DNA of 64,000 bases, taken from assembly GCA_973895155.1 (NCBI GenBank), contig OZ316891.1, forward strand, positions 5,489,708 to 5,553,707, given 5' to 3'. The notes beneath the pieces are model-generated. The model saw nothing but the letters and a program-made list of their open reading frames with translations. It was not told the origin of the DNA and searched no databases. This document shows, piece by piece, positions 39,001 through 49,848 of the stretch (positions are counted from its first letter, which is position 1; each line of letters begins with the position of its first letter). Source of the DNA: Marsupella aquatica (lineage: Eukaryota > Plantae > Marchantiophyta). The translations under genes were made by a program, and so were the position numbers.

Positions 39001-39327
39001 ATGACGGTCCATACTCAAAACCAAGATAAACGTGCTCGTCTATTGTATAAGAGATTAGTTGAACTCAAAGTGCTTCCTCCTGGATTAGGAGCGGTTTGGA
39101 TGGAAGGCGTAGATCCTCAAGATAGTTTGAATCCGCTCCGAATTGAGTTTTGCAAAAAGAATGAGCAAGGAGTTCCAATTCGGTCAAGGATTTGTTTGAG
39201 TGGTTGTCTGCACCCCGTTGATTCTTCTTGTAATTATTGTCGTGATGATCGTAACAAGTATCATCGATTGGCATACTTGTGTTGTCAGATTTGGAACGAG
39301 GATCCTTGGGTTAACTCTTCCCATTGA
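39001..39327 (+). CDS. Small Cys-rich orphan ORF inside the ParB-MTase block
   Basis: Open 108-codon frame, MTVHTQ...ICLSGCLHPVDSSCNYC...LCCQIW, downstream of the acceptor at 38901. No family recognised. Confidence 0.35.
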   Translation: MTVHTQNQDKRARLLYKRLVELKVLPPGLGAVWMEGVDPQDSLNPLRIEFCKKNEQGVPIRSRICLSGCLHPVDSSCNYCRDDRNKYHRLAYLCCQIWNEDPWVNSSH

Positions 39328-39520
39328 ATCTTCTTGATTCTTGTTGTTGAGTTTCGTTGAGCATTTTTGGCTCACAAATATTTTGCCAATATGTTTTTCT
39401 TTTGATCAAAGAAATAAAAGAATTCTTTTGATCCCTGTTTTGTAGGTTCCTCAGAAAGAGATCTTCTCCATTTTCTTTACTACTCTAGGTATTCCTTTCT
39501 TCTTGTTAAACTGGTTTGGA

Positions 39521-40075
39521 ATGGCCGTCCCTGAGAATCTAATCTTTGCGAGGTTAGTGACCGTATTTGAGAAAGAGAAGAAGAAACAAATTGAGCAGAA
39601 ACATCGACAAACTAAATCCGGACTACTTTTGGATGGACTTCCTGATGAGATTGTTGAAACTTGCATATGGCCCATTTTGAAAGTGTCTTGCATTGAGGAC
39701 AAATTTGATTCATCCAAGATCTCAACTGAAGAAAGACTTGGACGATTAAAAAAAATGGTTTGGCTTGGATCCACTTCAAAGAAATGAAACCAGCTTGTAG
39801 TTTGTACACGAGTATGGGGTCTCCTTTGACTTGCACGAAGCCAGTTTGAGGGATTAAATGAAATGCTTGCTAGCATTCCCCATGGAGACACACTTCAGAA
39901 TGTTCATCTCGCAATTTTTTTTAGGATGGAAACTCCGAATCTTCCCCCAATTGATTTCCTTGGTTTATTTTTGACATCAGAACTAAGTCAATTTCAAGAG
40001 GACTGGCTCAATCTAGAGAAAGATCTGCAAGCCAGATTAGTGGAAATATATGGACAAACTTTAGGGTTAGCTTGA
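39521..40075 (+). pseudogene. F-box-like protein, with in-frame stops
   Basis: LLLDGLPDEIVETCIWPIL ... WLGSTSKK*NQLV fits the F-box pattern LPxE..I..L...VxKxW..L (W replaced by TGA at 39785). Frame continues to 40075 through one more stop. Confidence 0.6.
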
Positions 40076-40377
40076 TTCCCGTTCTTTCAATCATGTTTAG
40101 GTCTGCTCCTCTTGAGCTCCTTGTAAAACTATTTTTCATGAATTGATTTACTATCTTTCGTGGCATTTCGTACCAAACTCATTTACTATCTCGTTGCCAA
40201 TTGAATTCGTACAAGGGTATCCCATATCGGATTGCACCTATAACAAATTTTGCCATATTTCCAACTATTTTCCAAGACTCTTTGGTGCGACTATTTGCCA
40301 CGACTATTTGCTTCGACCTTGCCGCGACTATTTCCCGCGACTAATCTCAGGAGTTAGCCTTGTTCAGGAGGAGAAAG

Positions 40378-40385
40378 TATAAATA
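40378..40385 (+). promoter_or_regulatory. TATA box
   Basis: TATAAATA about 30 bp before a CTCATT initiator-like site, preceded by repeated CGACTATTT motifs (40262-40345) and followed by donor AG|GTGAGA at 40503. Confidence 0.55.
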
Positions 40386-40546
40386 AGAGTGCCCTCCTCA
40401 AAAAGTTACGCTCATTTCTCCTCACTCGCGGTACCTCTATAACTTGCTGAATCCCCAATCTCCATAGATATTCGTATTCACTCGGACACATTCCATTAAC
40501 AGGTGAGAATCATGTAGTCTCCTCAATTTTTGGATCAAACTAGTAG

Positions 40547-40948
40547 GATGAATCCGAAGTGGGATACGCGGTATCCCACTTCGCATTCACTTAGGCCAAA
40601 TTCGCTTTTGAGATTAAAAACGCATGGAGAATCAAGGTTGAATGCGAAGCGAGATACCGTGTATCCCGCTTCGCATTCAACATGAAAATCTCAAGAGTTT
40701 TCTGAATCCTCAACGCGATAAAGGGGTGAATCCGATGTGGGATATGCGGTATCCCGCTTAGCATTCAACACCCAAATCTCAAGATTTCTGAACAAAAGAG
40801 ACGGATAGGAGCGATTGGATACTAAGTGGGATACCGTGTATCTCACTTGGTATTCAACATAGTGATCTTAGGCGTTTCAAAGAAAATAGGCAAAAAGTGA
40901 AACATTGAATGCGAGATGGGATACCGCGTATCCCATCTCGCATTCATA
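40547..40948. repeat. Palindrome array B: 5 copies of 45-bp hairpin at 88-90-bp period, inside a 5'-UTR intron (40503-41027)
   Basis: Copies at 40547, 40637, 40725, 40814 and 40904, with 43-45-bp divergent spacers. Paired substitutions in both arms of copies 2 and 5. Confidence 0.95.
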
Positions 40949-41028
40949 TATACTATTATGGTCTTGTTGCCTTTGACCTCGATCATATTAGGCTTGAAAT
41001 TCTTACATATGGTTTTCTTTTCTTCAGG

Positions 41029-41613
41029 ATGTCGAACAAGTCAAATGCTTCTGGTTCCACGGACTCTTTCCGGCAAGCCATCATTGATGAAATCTGGAAA
41101 AAGGATCTCTATGTGGAGGAGAAATTCCTCAGGAACATGTGGTAGTTGCATGATGCTCATGAGCTTGATCTTCATAGAGCGTATGCTGGCCCAGCCTTAT
41201 GGTTGATTGTTGTGAAGGGTAAGGAGCATTGCCACCAAGGGTTGGTGATTGACACGGCCGAGGCAGACATTGTAGACTCGAAAACACAAAAATTGAAAAT
41301 GGTGCCAATGTTTCTTTGCATTGGTCTTGACAAGACCTTTTCTGTGTTGGTCCTAAACTATGAAAAACTTGATCGAGTCTCGATGAATATATTTCCAGAT
41401 GATTCGATTACCAAGCTTGTGGCGGAGGCACCTGATGTAGATTCATTTTCGTACTGGTGCTTGAGTTATGTCTTCACATCTTGGAAGGTGGTGCGGGACT
41501 TCACCAAAATTATGTATCGTTCAGTGGTAGGGGAAGACTTTAAGCGTTGTCGTGATTTTCTCTTAAGTTATAAAAAATTGTTTGTTTTAATATGCTATAG
41601 ATTATATAAGTAA
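41029..41613 (+). pseudogene. Orphan ~194-aa protein with one in-frame stop
   Basis: ATG immediately after acceptor TCTTCAG|G (41027). MSNKSNASG...RNMW*LHDAHE...YRLYK in a single frame. Family not recognised. Confidence 0.5.
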
Positions 41614-41680
41614 TTTAGTAGTTAGATTATTAAATTTAAACTTTATTAAACTTTTTTAGCTATATTAACGGACTATAGAA

Positions 41681-41925
41681 GTTCCACCAATGCATGTGAG
41701 TAGTTCCACCAACTACAATAATATTCACCAACGCATAGTGGTTCTACCAACGCACAGTAGGTCCACCAGCGCATAGTAGTTCTACCAACGCACAGTAGGT
41801 CCACCAGCGCATAGTAGTTCCACCAGCACATAGTAGTTCTACCAACGCATAGTAGGTCCACCAACGCATAGTAGTTCCACCAACGCATGGTAGTTCCACC
41901 TACTAAAAGTAGTTTCACCAACTAT
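41681..41925. repeat. Minisatellite, 19-bp unit (CCACCAACGCATAGTAGTT), about 12 copies
   Basis: Directly visible tandem array; explains the repetitive antisense ORF 41673-41921. Confidence 0.95.
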
Positions 41926-42017
41926 GAATAGTACTAGCACACTCTTAGGTATTAGATGTTTGACACTTGGCCTTCATCCAAGTGCTTGGGCTTGATCCAT
42001 GCCCTCTTGGTGTGCAC

Positions 42018-42025
42018 TATAAATA
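42018..42025 (+). promoter_or_regulatory. TATA box upstream of the ParB-MTase-Ulp1 gene
   Basis: TATAAATA followed about 30 bp later by CCTCATT, the same layout as the 40378 promoter. Confidence 0.5.
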
Positions 42026-42242
42026 AAGTGGTGAGGGCACTCTCCCCTCATTCCGCAGTGTTTATCATTCAAGGTTGTGAAGCTCTTTTGTGCCTTGAAC
42101 ATAGTAGTGGGGCGTCCTTTGGCCCGGATAGCAAAGGAATGAGTGGTAGATTTATATATGGGACCTTAGGGAATAAGGTTTCTTTGGGAATATAGGGGTG
42201 GGGCGTCCTTTGGCCCGGATAGCGAAGGAATAGAAGAGCCAT

Positions 42243-45200
42243 CATGAATCCAGGAGAGAGAGTTATCCCTGATCTTCCCCTTCGTAATCCATTTTTGATT
42301 AGAGTCCATCTTTTAGACAAACCATCTATGAGGCAACATCTAACCTATCATTTTGGAGCTTAGTTTGCAACTGCTGTTATGGTTTCTAACGAGCCAATAA
42401 TATACCCAGTGGTGTCGTACCGAGAGGAGTGGGAGTGCATCATCTTTGTCTTTTATTGAAGTCATGGATTTGAATAGGAGTCCGAATGATATTCCTGTTT
42501 CATTTTCTCTTGGAGATATTAGGATCATATGTCGTAAGAAAACTAATTTTCGTGATGTGTTGGTCCGCAAGTATGGTGAAATAGGGTTTAACAGTATTTT
42601 AGTTTCACCTGAACCTTTCTTAATACCCACTACCCTTGTTACTAGAATTATCATTTTGATTTTAGTGTAGAACTTATAAGCATGCAAGGTTAACTTCAAA
42701 AGAGCCAACATGCTCTTGCCAGAAAACACGGTCACCCGGACAGCGTCCAGAGAGAACTCCATTGAAGTTGAAGATACACAGGCCAACTAATCCCTCTGGG
42801 ACGGTGGAGGATTCCCAGACAACAACAACAAAAGAGAAGGCAGTCTCCGAGCCGACAAAGAGGAAGAAAGCGCAAGATATCTCTGGTGGAAAATCTAGTG
42901 AACATTTCGGTGCAACTGTCTCAAAAGATGCTGCCAAAAAAAAGATGAAGTTGGATCGATGAGAAATCCGAAAGAGAGTAGTGTCTGCGCCTGCGAGTGT
43001 TGTGTCAACAGCTCCACCTTTGCCTTTGAGATTGGTAGGTGAGATTCCTCCAACTTCTCAAGGTGGGCCATCGATCACATCCAAGGGGAAGGGTCCAATG
43101 ATTGTTGAGAGGAAAGAAGATTTGACGAATAAACTGACTACGGCCCTGCAACGTGAAAAGACGTTGGTTGTAAGGGAAGAAGTGTCTCGCTTAATGGAGA
43201 CAAAAAGAGTTCAGAAGACCACCGTCATTCTGAAAACAACAAACCTCCTGTTGGTCAATGACATGAATGATCAGAACTCCACGTTGGTTCGGACTGTTGA
43301 TCGTTTGCACGTGGAGAATATCAAAACTTTGATGAAGTTGAATCCAACAAATTTCACTACGCCATTTGTGTTGTTTGTTATTCCGGAAGATTGTCCATCG
43401 GTTAAAGATTGGGACCCGGCCAAGGCATCAACCTGGAGATATTGGGTAATTGGGGGTAATCATGGAGCTCGAGCTAAAAGAGAACTGTTTGAGGCTTATA
43501 TGGTCGAGAAATCTTCAATGAACTTCAAGCATGGGTCTATGTAGGGCTTACAAGGGACGATGTTCAAAAACTCAGTATTCAACACAATATTGACCAGGAG
43601 TATCAAAAAAAGATGAACAATATTGATCAAATCCGAACAATGCATAAGGTCTTCCTTGCTCGAGGCATGCAAAACACAAAAGAGACTCGAGAGGCCTGAG
43701 CGTCGGAGGTATGTTTTGATGGCTTCATTCCAAGGGTTGGAAAAACACTGAAGAAGCACGAACCTCTTTTTCAGATATCATTTAGATCTGGAAAAGTTTG
43801 GAACCTCCAAGACCATCTCTTTGACATGTGGAATAGATTCGAGATAAAGGGGCAGAACAAACAAAAATCCCCGGTGAAGATACTGAAAAAAGGGAAGCGA
43901 AAGGCCACGCCCGTCGTGAAACCTTTGAACAAGCTAGCAAGGGGGCTCGCTTTGACGCCTTGGAGAGCGATCCAAGGGATTGAGCAGGACAGATTTTTGG
44001 AATCCCTTCTTCTTCGAGTCAAGGATCGAATGATCAGTCTTGAGCAGATGGCAAAAGAGGCTGAAAGTTACAAGAAGCTTGTGAAGATCAGTAAACTCTT
44101 TGTACAATTGTCTGGCCAACCAGATTGGACAACCTATAAATAAATGTTTCCAAAGGAGACGTAGTTTTCAGAGCTTGAAAGATGGAGCGGCAAACTCTCA
44201 GATGTGGTAAGTTATTCAAACGTGCGTTTCGAAGGTTGAATACCGAATGGGATATACGTATCCCATTTGGGATTCAACCCTCATTTTTGGCTCATTCATG
44301 TTCTTTCTTTGAGTTTCCTTCCTGGGTTTTGGTTGTCTTAGCGTTGTTTCTTTGATTTTCCTTGGTTTGAATCTGAAGGGGGATACGGCGTATCCCATTT
44401 GGGATTCAACTCTGGATTTCTATTTTGTCTTTGAGTTTCTTCGGGTGAAATCCGAAATGGGATACCGCATATCCCTTTCGGGATTCAAGCTAGAGTTTTG
44501 GAGGTTACGAGCGTGATTCTCCAGGTTTGTTTTGCGGAATACCTAATGGGATACTCGGTATCCCTCTTGGTATTCAATGCATAGTTTTATCATTGTAACT
44601 TAGGTGTCCTTTTGTTTTGTAGTTGAAAGCCTTCTCAAAGAAGAAGAATAAAACGGATGTCGGAAATGATTTTGAGGAGACTCTAGAGGAGGAGCTCAGT
44701 TTGGATGTTATCCCCCCTGGTTTTAAGAATATAGTTCAAGAAGCTATTGAGACTGCTCAGGCGGAATCAAGCGACCACCGTTGGAAAAATTATGATGGAA
44801 ATTTCATCAACTATACTCTCCACTGTGAAGATGTTTGCGCGCTTGATAGGTTCTTGGAGAAACGGCCTTACACACTTACAATCGCAGACATTCCTTATGG
44901 ATTCAATGCCGCCGGCTCCGAGAATGATGAAATTCCATTTTCGGAGACAGATATTATTGATATGGTCAAATGTTTTGCCAAGGTGACAACTTCACCAATG
45001 TGGAGGTTTGTTGTTATTCATTCTCTGCAACAAAGTGTCTCCGTTTTGAATGCTTTGGGAAAGACATGCAATGTTGGAGTTGAGGCAGGAATTTGGGAGA
45101 AGCCAAATGTACATGCACGTACACCCCTCCGGGAACAGGCTAGCTTGGGCGTTTGAGAACTGGTCCATCGGGTACTATAATGAAGGTGGTATCAGGTCTA

Positions 45201-46754
45201 GGGAAATGTATAATTTTGAGCATGATGAGAAAAGAATCAGCATCATCAAGGTACCTTGTGTTACCAAGAAATGTGTAACACCATTAGGGAAGTAGTGAAT
45301 CTGTATCAGAAGCCGATAGCCCTCGCAGACTAGTTTATCAAACATTTTAGTGAAGAAGGAGATTGGATTGTTGATTTATGTGCCGGAAGTGGGTCTACTT
45401 CGTGTGGGGCTTTGTTGGCAAAGCGACATGTGACAGCCATAGAGTTGAGTGCTCAACAAATAGACTGTATCTAGACTTGATTAGTCACGTTGGATGAATC
45501 ATGGGACTTGAATGAGGAAGCAATTGAGGAGGGTATAGGGCCGATGAGTTTGAGATACAACCACCAATTGGTGGTATGACGAGCACTCTCACCACCAGAA
45601 CTTGCATCATTACAACTGCGGCCGAGAATGATGATGATGTTGATGAGGAGGAGGAGGGGGAAGAGGAAGCAGAAGCTCCACCACTAGATCTTGGCTCATT
45701 CCTTGAGGTGTAGAGATTACTTTGAGATAGTTTGTCGCAAATGAGATTGCCCAAATTGTATATGAACTTCCGGAAATATTGAAAGAGATTTATATGTTCT
45801 TATGTGACAATAATGTCCTTGCAGGATCCATCAAAGGAGGTTATTGAATTGAAATGTGTTCTTCATAGATTTATGCACAATCCTTCTATTGGTCATCTTC
45901 TCAATCAAGAAACACTGGAACAACTTGAACCCGACCAATATTTGGGTGACAAAATTATAGAATTTTACCCAGAGTCCCAAATTGAAGAACATGGAGATCT
46001 TGCTCCAATGGTAAACACATTATCCTCATTTTTTTATCCTTGGATGGTTTCAAGGATTGAAATAGAACCAACACATGAATCTTTAGCAGAATCTATACTG
46101 AAAATGCCAGGTTATTACAAGCCTCCATTTTCCAAGATTCAGGTTATTTTTATGCCAATTCACATGAGTGGGCATTGGAGTTTGGTTTTCATATGTTTGG
46201 ATAGATCTCAATCTTTGATCCAAATGTATCATCTAGACTCACTTGCTGGTCTGCATGAAACTCGTCTAATCGAATCAGCATTGAAAAGATGAAGACTTAA
46301 CTTTATCTTCTACTATTTATTTTTTATATGAGATTATTTATTCATGTGATTATAAATGTCACTGACTAAGGAATTATTTTCAATGACTTGCAGATATTTC
46401 ACAATAGAATGAGAACTATTTTTTGGAAAAGTGTCATTGGGTGTTATGGAGATGTGGAATCCAAAGGTATGTGATTTGTTTCATTTAAAAAAAAAAAATT
46501 AGTTGGAAAATACATTTATGAATCGTACTAAAATACAACATGTTTTTTATCAAGTGCCCCAACAACCAAATACCATAGATTGTGGTTTATTTGTCCTACA
46601 CAACATGGATGAAATTAGAGTTCAATGGAGTAATTTAAAATATATATTCGTAGAGTCTTTATTAACAAAAGATTGGTACAACCTCACACAAGCATGTCAC
46701 CTGAGAAAGGTGATAAGAGATAGAGTTATCAAATTAATGCATGTATCTACATAA
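42243..46754 (+). pseudogene. Spliced multidomain gene: ParB/Srx-like domain + beta-class DNA N6A/N4C methyltransferase + acidic linker + Ulp1/C48 SUMO protease (decayed)
   Basis: ParB-like: LVRTVDRLHVENIK..PFVLFV..YWVIGGNHGARA (GGNH 43452-43463)..AWVYVGLTRDDVQKLSIQHN. Phase-0 intron 44207-44622. MTase: LTIADIPYG (44887-44898), IWEKPN, NLYQKPIAL (45307), SEEGDWIVDLCAGSGST..RHVTAIEL (45373-45393). Phase-0 intron 45708-45824. Ulp1: FMPIHMSGHWSLV (H 46173), HLDSL, VPQQPNTIDCGLFV (C 46581). Several stops and frameshifts; 5' start uncertain. Confidence 0.8.
44235..44578. repeat. Palindrome array C: 4 copies inside the intron joining the ParB-like and MTase exons
   Basis: Copies at 44235, 44366, 44445 and 44534. 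Spacers are T-rich, suggesting inversion relative to the A-rich spacers of arrays A and B. Confidence 0.92.
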
Positions 46755-47540
46755 TTTAATTAATAAATGAAACTCAATCTTCTGAAGATATAGAACCTCG
46801 CTCTAAAATAGCAGCCTCTATAATCTCTATAATTCATGATGTTTCGTAATTAGAGTGCAAAGTAATCTCAATTTGAGTTTGTTATTTAGAGCTTAAAGCT
46901 CTTGGCTATGGCTTATGTCACATTTGTGTGGGTTCTGTGGGGTATGTGGGACCGTTTAGCTTGTTGAATCATTCTCTCATCCCAATAAATTTTTCAACAA
47001 TCATTTTTTGTACATTTGTATTTTTGGTTTCATGGTATACTGTGTTTTGTTTTGATTTTTGCACCCTAGCAAGAGTACAATCTGATTGGATCTATGGGTC
47101 CAGAGGGGCAGTAGAGTCTTTGGTCATTGAAACTCCTTCTTTGGTCATTGAAATTGCTTGTTGTTCAACATTGAACTCTAGTCTGTTTGGAAAGCCCTGA
47201 ACGAGTCAAAAAATTTTATTGAATCATCTTGTGATTATATGTTATCCAACTGTAATGGTTGTGGATCACTCAATGGATCAATATTGTACTCTTCGTCCTC
47301 ATCCTCATCCTCGATATAATCACTTTCAACTCCTACAAAAAAAATAACTATAATTAAATGAGATGATTTTTAATTATAATCATTATTCAAACATCATGAC
47401 TAAGTTGTTTTCTTTGTATTCAACGACTTTAGGTATTTGACAAGTGTGAATCGTGGTTTGTTCTATATTATGTCTCAAATATTTCACAAAACAAACAAGT
47501 TTGGGTTGTACTACTCTTTATGAGTAAGTATTTCTAACTT

Positions 47541-47839
47541 TTTTTGCCCTGAAAGATCTTTTTGAATTCCATTCACAAAGACAACATACAAATAGGTGGC
47601 CCCAAGGGCATCAACCAAAGGTCAGAAGTGCAAAAAGGTCGTGTGAGCCGGCACCAGGAGAGACGCAAAGCCTTTCAAGAGAAAGACAGCTAAACAAGAA
47701 ATTTAACTACCGCAGCGGGAGTAGCACACTCCATGAGACTGGCTAGTGCTAAGGTTCCGGCAAGGTTCCCTTCAATGGATCCGTGATAAACTTACTTTAC
47801 TATCGGTCTAACTGTAGTGAAGCATCTAATCCTATGGAA
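47541..47839 (-). mobile_element. Short non-LTR retroelement insertion (5'-truncated LINE or SINE) with TSD
   Basis: 15-bp direct repeat AAGTATTTCTAACTT at 47526-47540 and 47840-47854. Minus strand ends ...TTTCAGGGCAAAAAAA. Confidence 0.8.
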
Positions 47840-49763
47840 AAGTATTTCTAACTTTGCACCATGATACATTTTAAATATTTAATTTCAAAAATTAGACTTT
47901 GTTTAAGTTCTTGTTCAAACCATGGTTCATGGTTATTTAAATATTCTTATCAATCAATCACTTGATCTTAATCATTTCTATCATTCAATTCAAAACTTTA
48001 TGAATCAAGATTTAGGGTAGTATTATTCAAAAGTCATTCAAAACTCAAGTTTGTAAAAAAGGATAGATGTATTAACCTCCGAGTGGACCAGTTGATACAT
48101 CAATAGGTATTTTGTAGACTTTGTCATCTGACTTGAGAATCTTATCCAATCCATATTTTTTGATTACACGAGTAATACTACTATCACCAAGGTGGAGGGT
48201 ATCTTTGCAAAGCTCAATAATATCCTCTCTCATGTTCTTCTTGGCCAAATTATACTTTATTAATCTGGAAATGTTTTTTACTAAAATACTTCGCAGTTCA
48301 CACGGTGCTTCTTCAAGCTGATCAAGATTAGATTGGGTTGTCAAAGAAAAGAACTGTGTCAAGCTTTCGTGGATTGATTCGTTACAATATGCACGTACTC
48401 AAGTTCCCAATTTCTGCAAAACAATCAGAGTTTTAGTACATGCTTTGAATTGCAATAAATTGGATATATTAAATACACTTTTGAGGTTTTGGGTTTAGAA
48501 AAATACATACCAAAACAGAGTCAAAAAGTTGTTGGTCAAATTTTTGTGGTAATTTTCTCTGCTTCACATTCTTGATTGAATGACACCTTGAAGAATGCAT
48601 GTCACAAAAAGACAATTTGCATGATAAACTGTTAATGCCGAAGATGATGATTTAGATTTTGTCTGGTACTGTGTAATGAACGCAACATAATTTGGGTGAG
48701 CCAAAATGGAACTCATCACCAAAAAAATGTCGATTGCGTTTGAAATGACTACCACAACATGAGATGATTTTGACCCAATGACTACTGCAGCATCAAAAAA
48801 TACTTCATATGTCTTTTGTGTCATGGATACTCCAGTCATCATGGTGGCATCCAAGAATATGAATGTTGTCATGAAAAGAATATGAAATTGAAAAAAAATT
48901 CAATTTTTTTAACATCTTGTATAGTTTCATCCATAAGTTGAAAGTGGAATCTGTCATGTTCAAAATGAAAGGTCCAAGTTCACCTAGTCGGTACTTCTCA
49001 TCTTTGGCCCAAGGAATGACAATCATTGCTGCTTTCATAAAATCTTGTATAAAGACAAGTAAATCATTAAATAAGTATAAACCATGGTTCACACTAATTT
49101 ACTTTCACAATATATTGCATCAAAACAAATGAACAAAACTTTAGATTTTAGAGATTATGATTCATACCCTCCATTTTGAATCTTTGGTGCTGTTTGTTTT
49201 TTAGGGAGGATACTCATAACTTTTCTAAATATCCCTAACCTGCCTTGCAATGAGGAAAATTTGAGATTCATCCATGCTGTGTGATGAACATGATTTAATG
49301 TCTTAGATACTAGTCTCATCATCACCAAGTTCCCAGCCAAATTGTAAGGTGCCCAAAATATGACTACATCGATTGTAAAATATTTTTCGTGAATCTCTGG
49401 AGCCACTGGTTCATTATTCGAAAGTAACCGATAGGCTATAACAGTGTGCTGGCCACCAATTATCCAAAAATGATAATTGTCAATTTGATCAAGGATAGGT
49501 GGATTGTTGAGCATAGATGACGATCGCAACGGCAAGCCCATGAACCATCCAACGCACAATAGTCGACACAAGAGATACGTGGTTCACCTCCTTGAGACTA
49601 CATCCACAGGAACACACAAGAGAGCTTTACTGAACTCTAAGCCCGTCGACTATACCGAGTCTCCATAGTGTAAGCTCTCCCTATCTCTCAAGTGGCTCCA
49701 TAACAATGAGCCTTGGTTCTACCTCTCCAAGCACACGTGCCTCTTATGATATAGTGTGCAACT

Positions 49764-49848
49764 TAGTTGTACCTAATCATATAGTTGTACCTAACCACGT
49801 AGTTATACCAACCCACGTTGTTGTACCAACCACGTCATACCTAACCTA
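49764..49848. repeat. Short ~18-bp tandem repeat (TAGTTGTACCTAACCACG-like), 4-5 copies
   Basis: Directly visible in sequence. Confidence 0.75.

Noticed and set aside
40547-40948. CRISPR array call for the regularly spaced palindromes
   Set aside because: Eukaryotic intronic context, no cas genes, repeats are not identical, and spacers 2 and 3 share AAATCTCAAGA..TTCTGAA, indicating descent from a tandem unit rather than acquired spacers.
42243-46754. Bacterial or phage contamination as the source of the methyltransferase
   Set aside because: The gene has GT-AG introns, is linked to a eukaryotic Ulp1 domain, is pseudogenised, and is contiguous with plant genes and plant TEs.
48072-48413. CACTA TnpA-like similarity (LGT.VRAYC) that would classify the large element
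   Set aside because: The match is only a few residues, and no CACTA terminus or TnpD motif was found.
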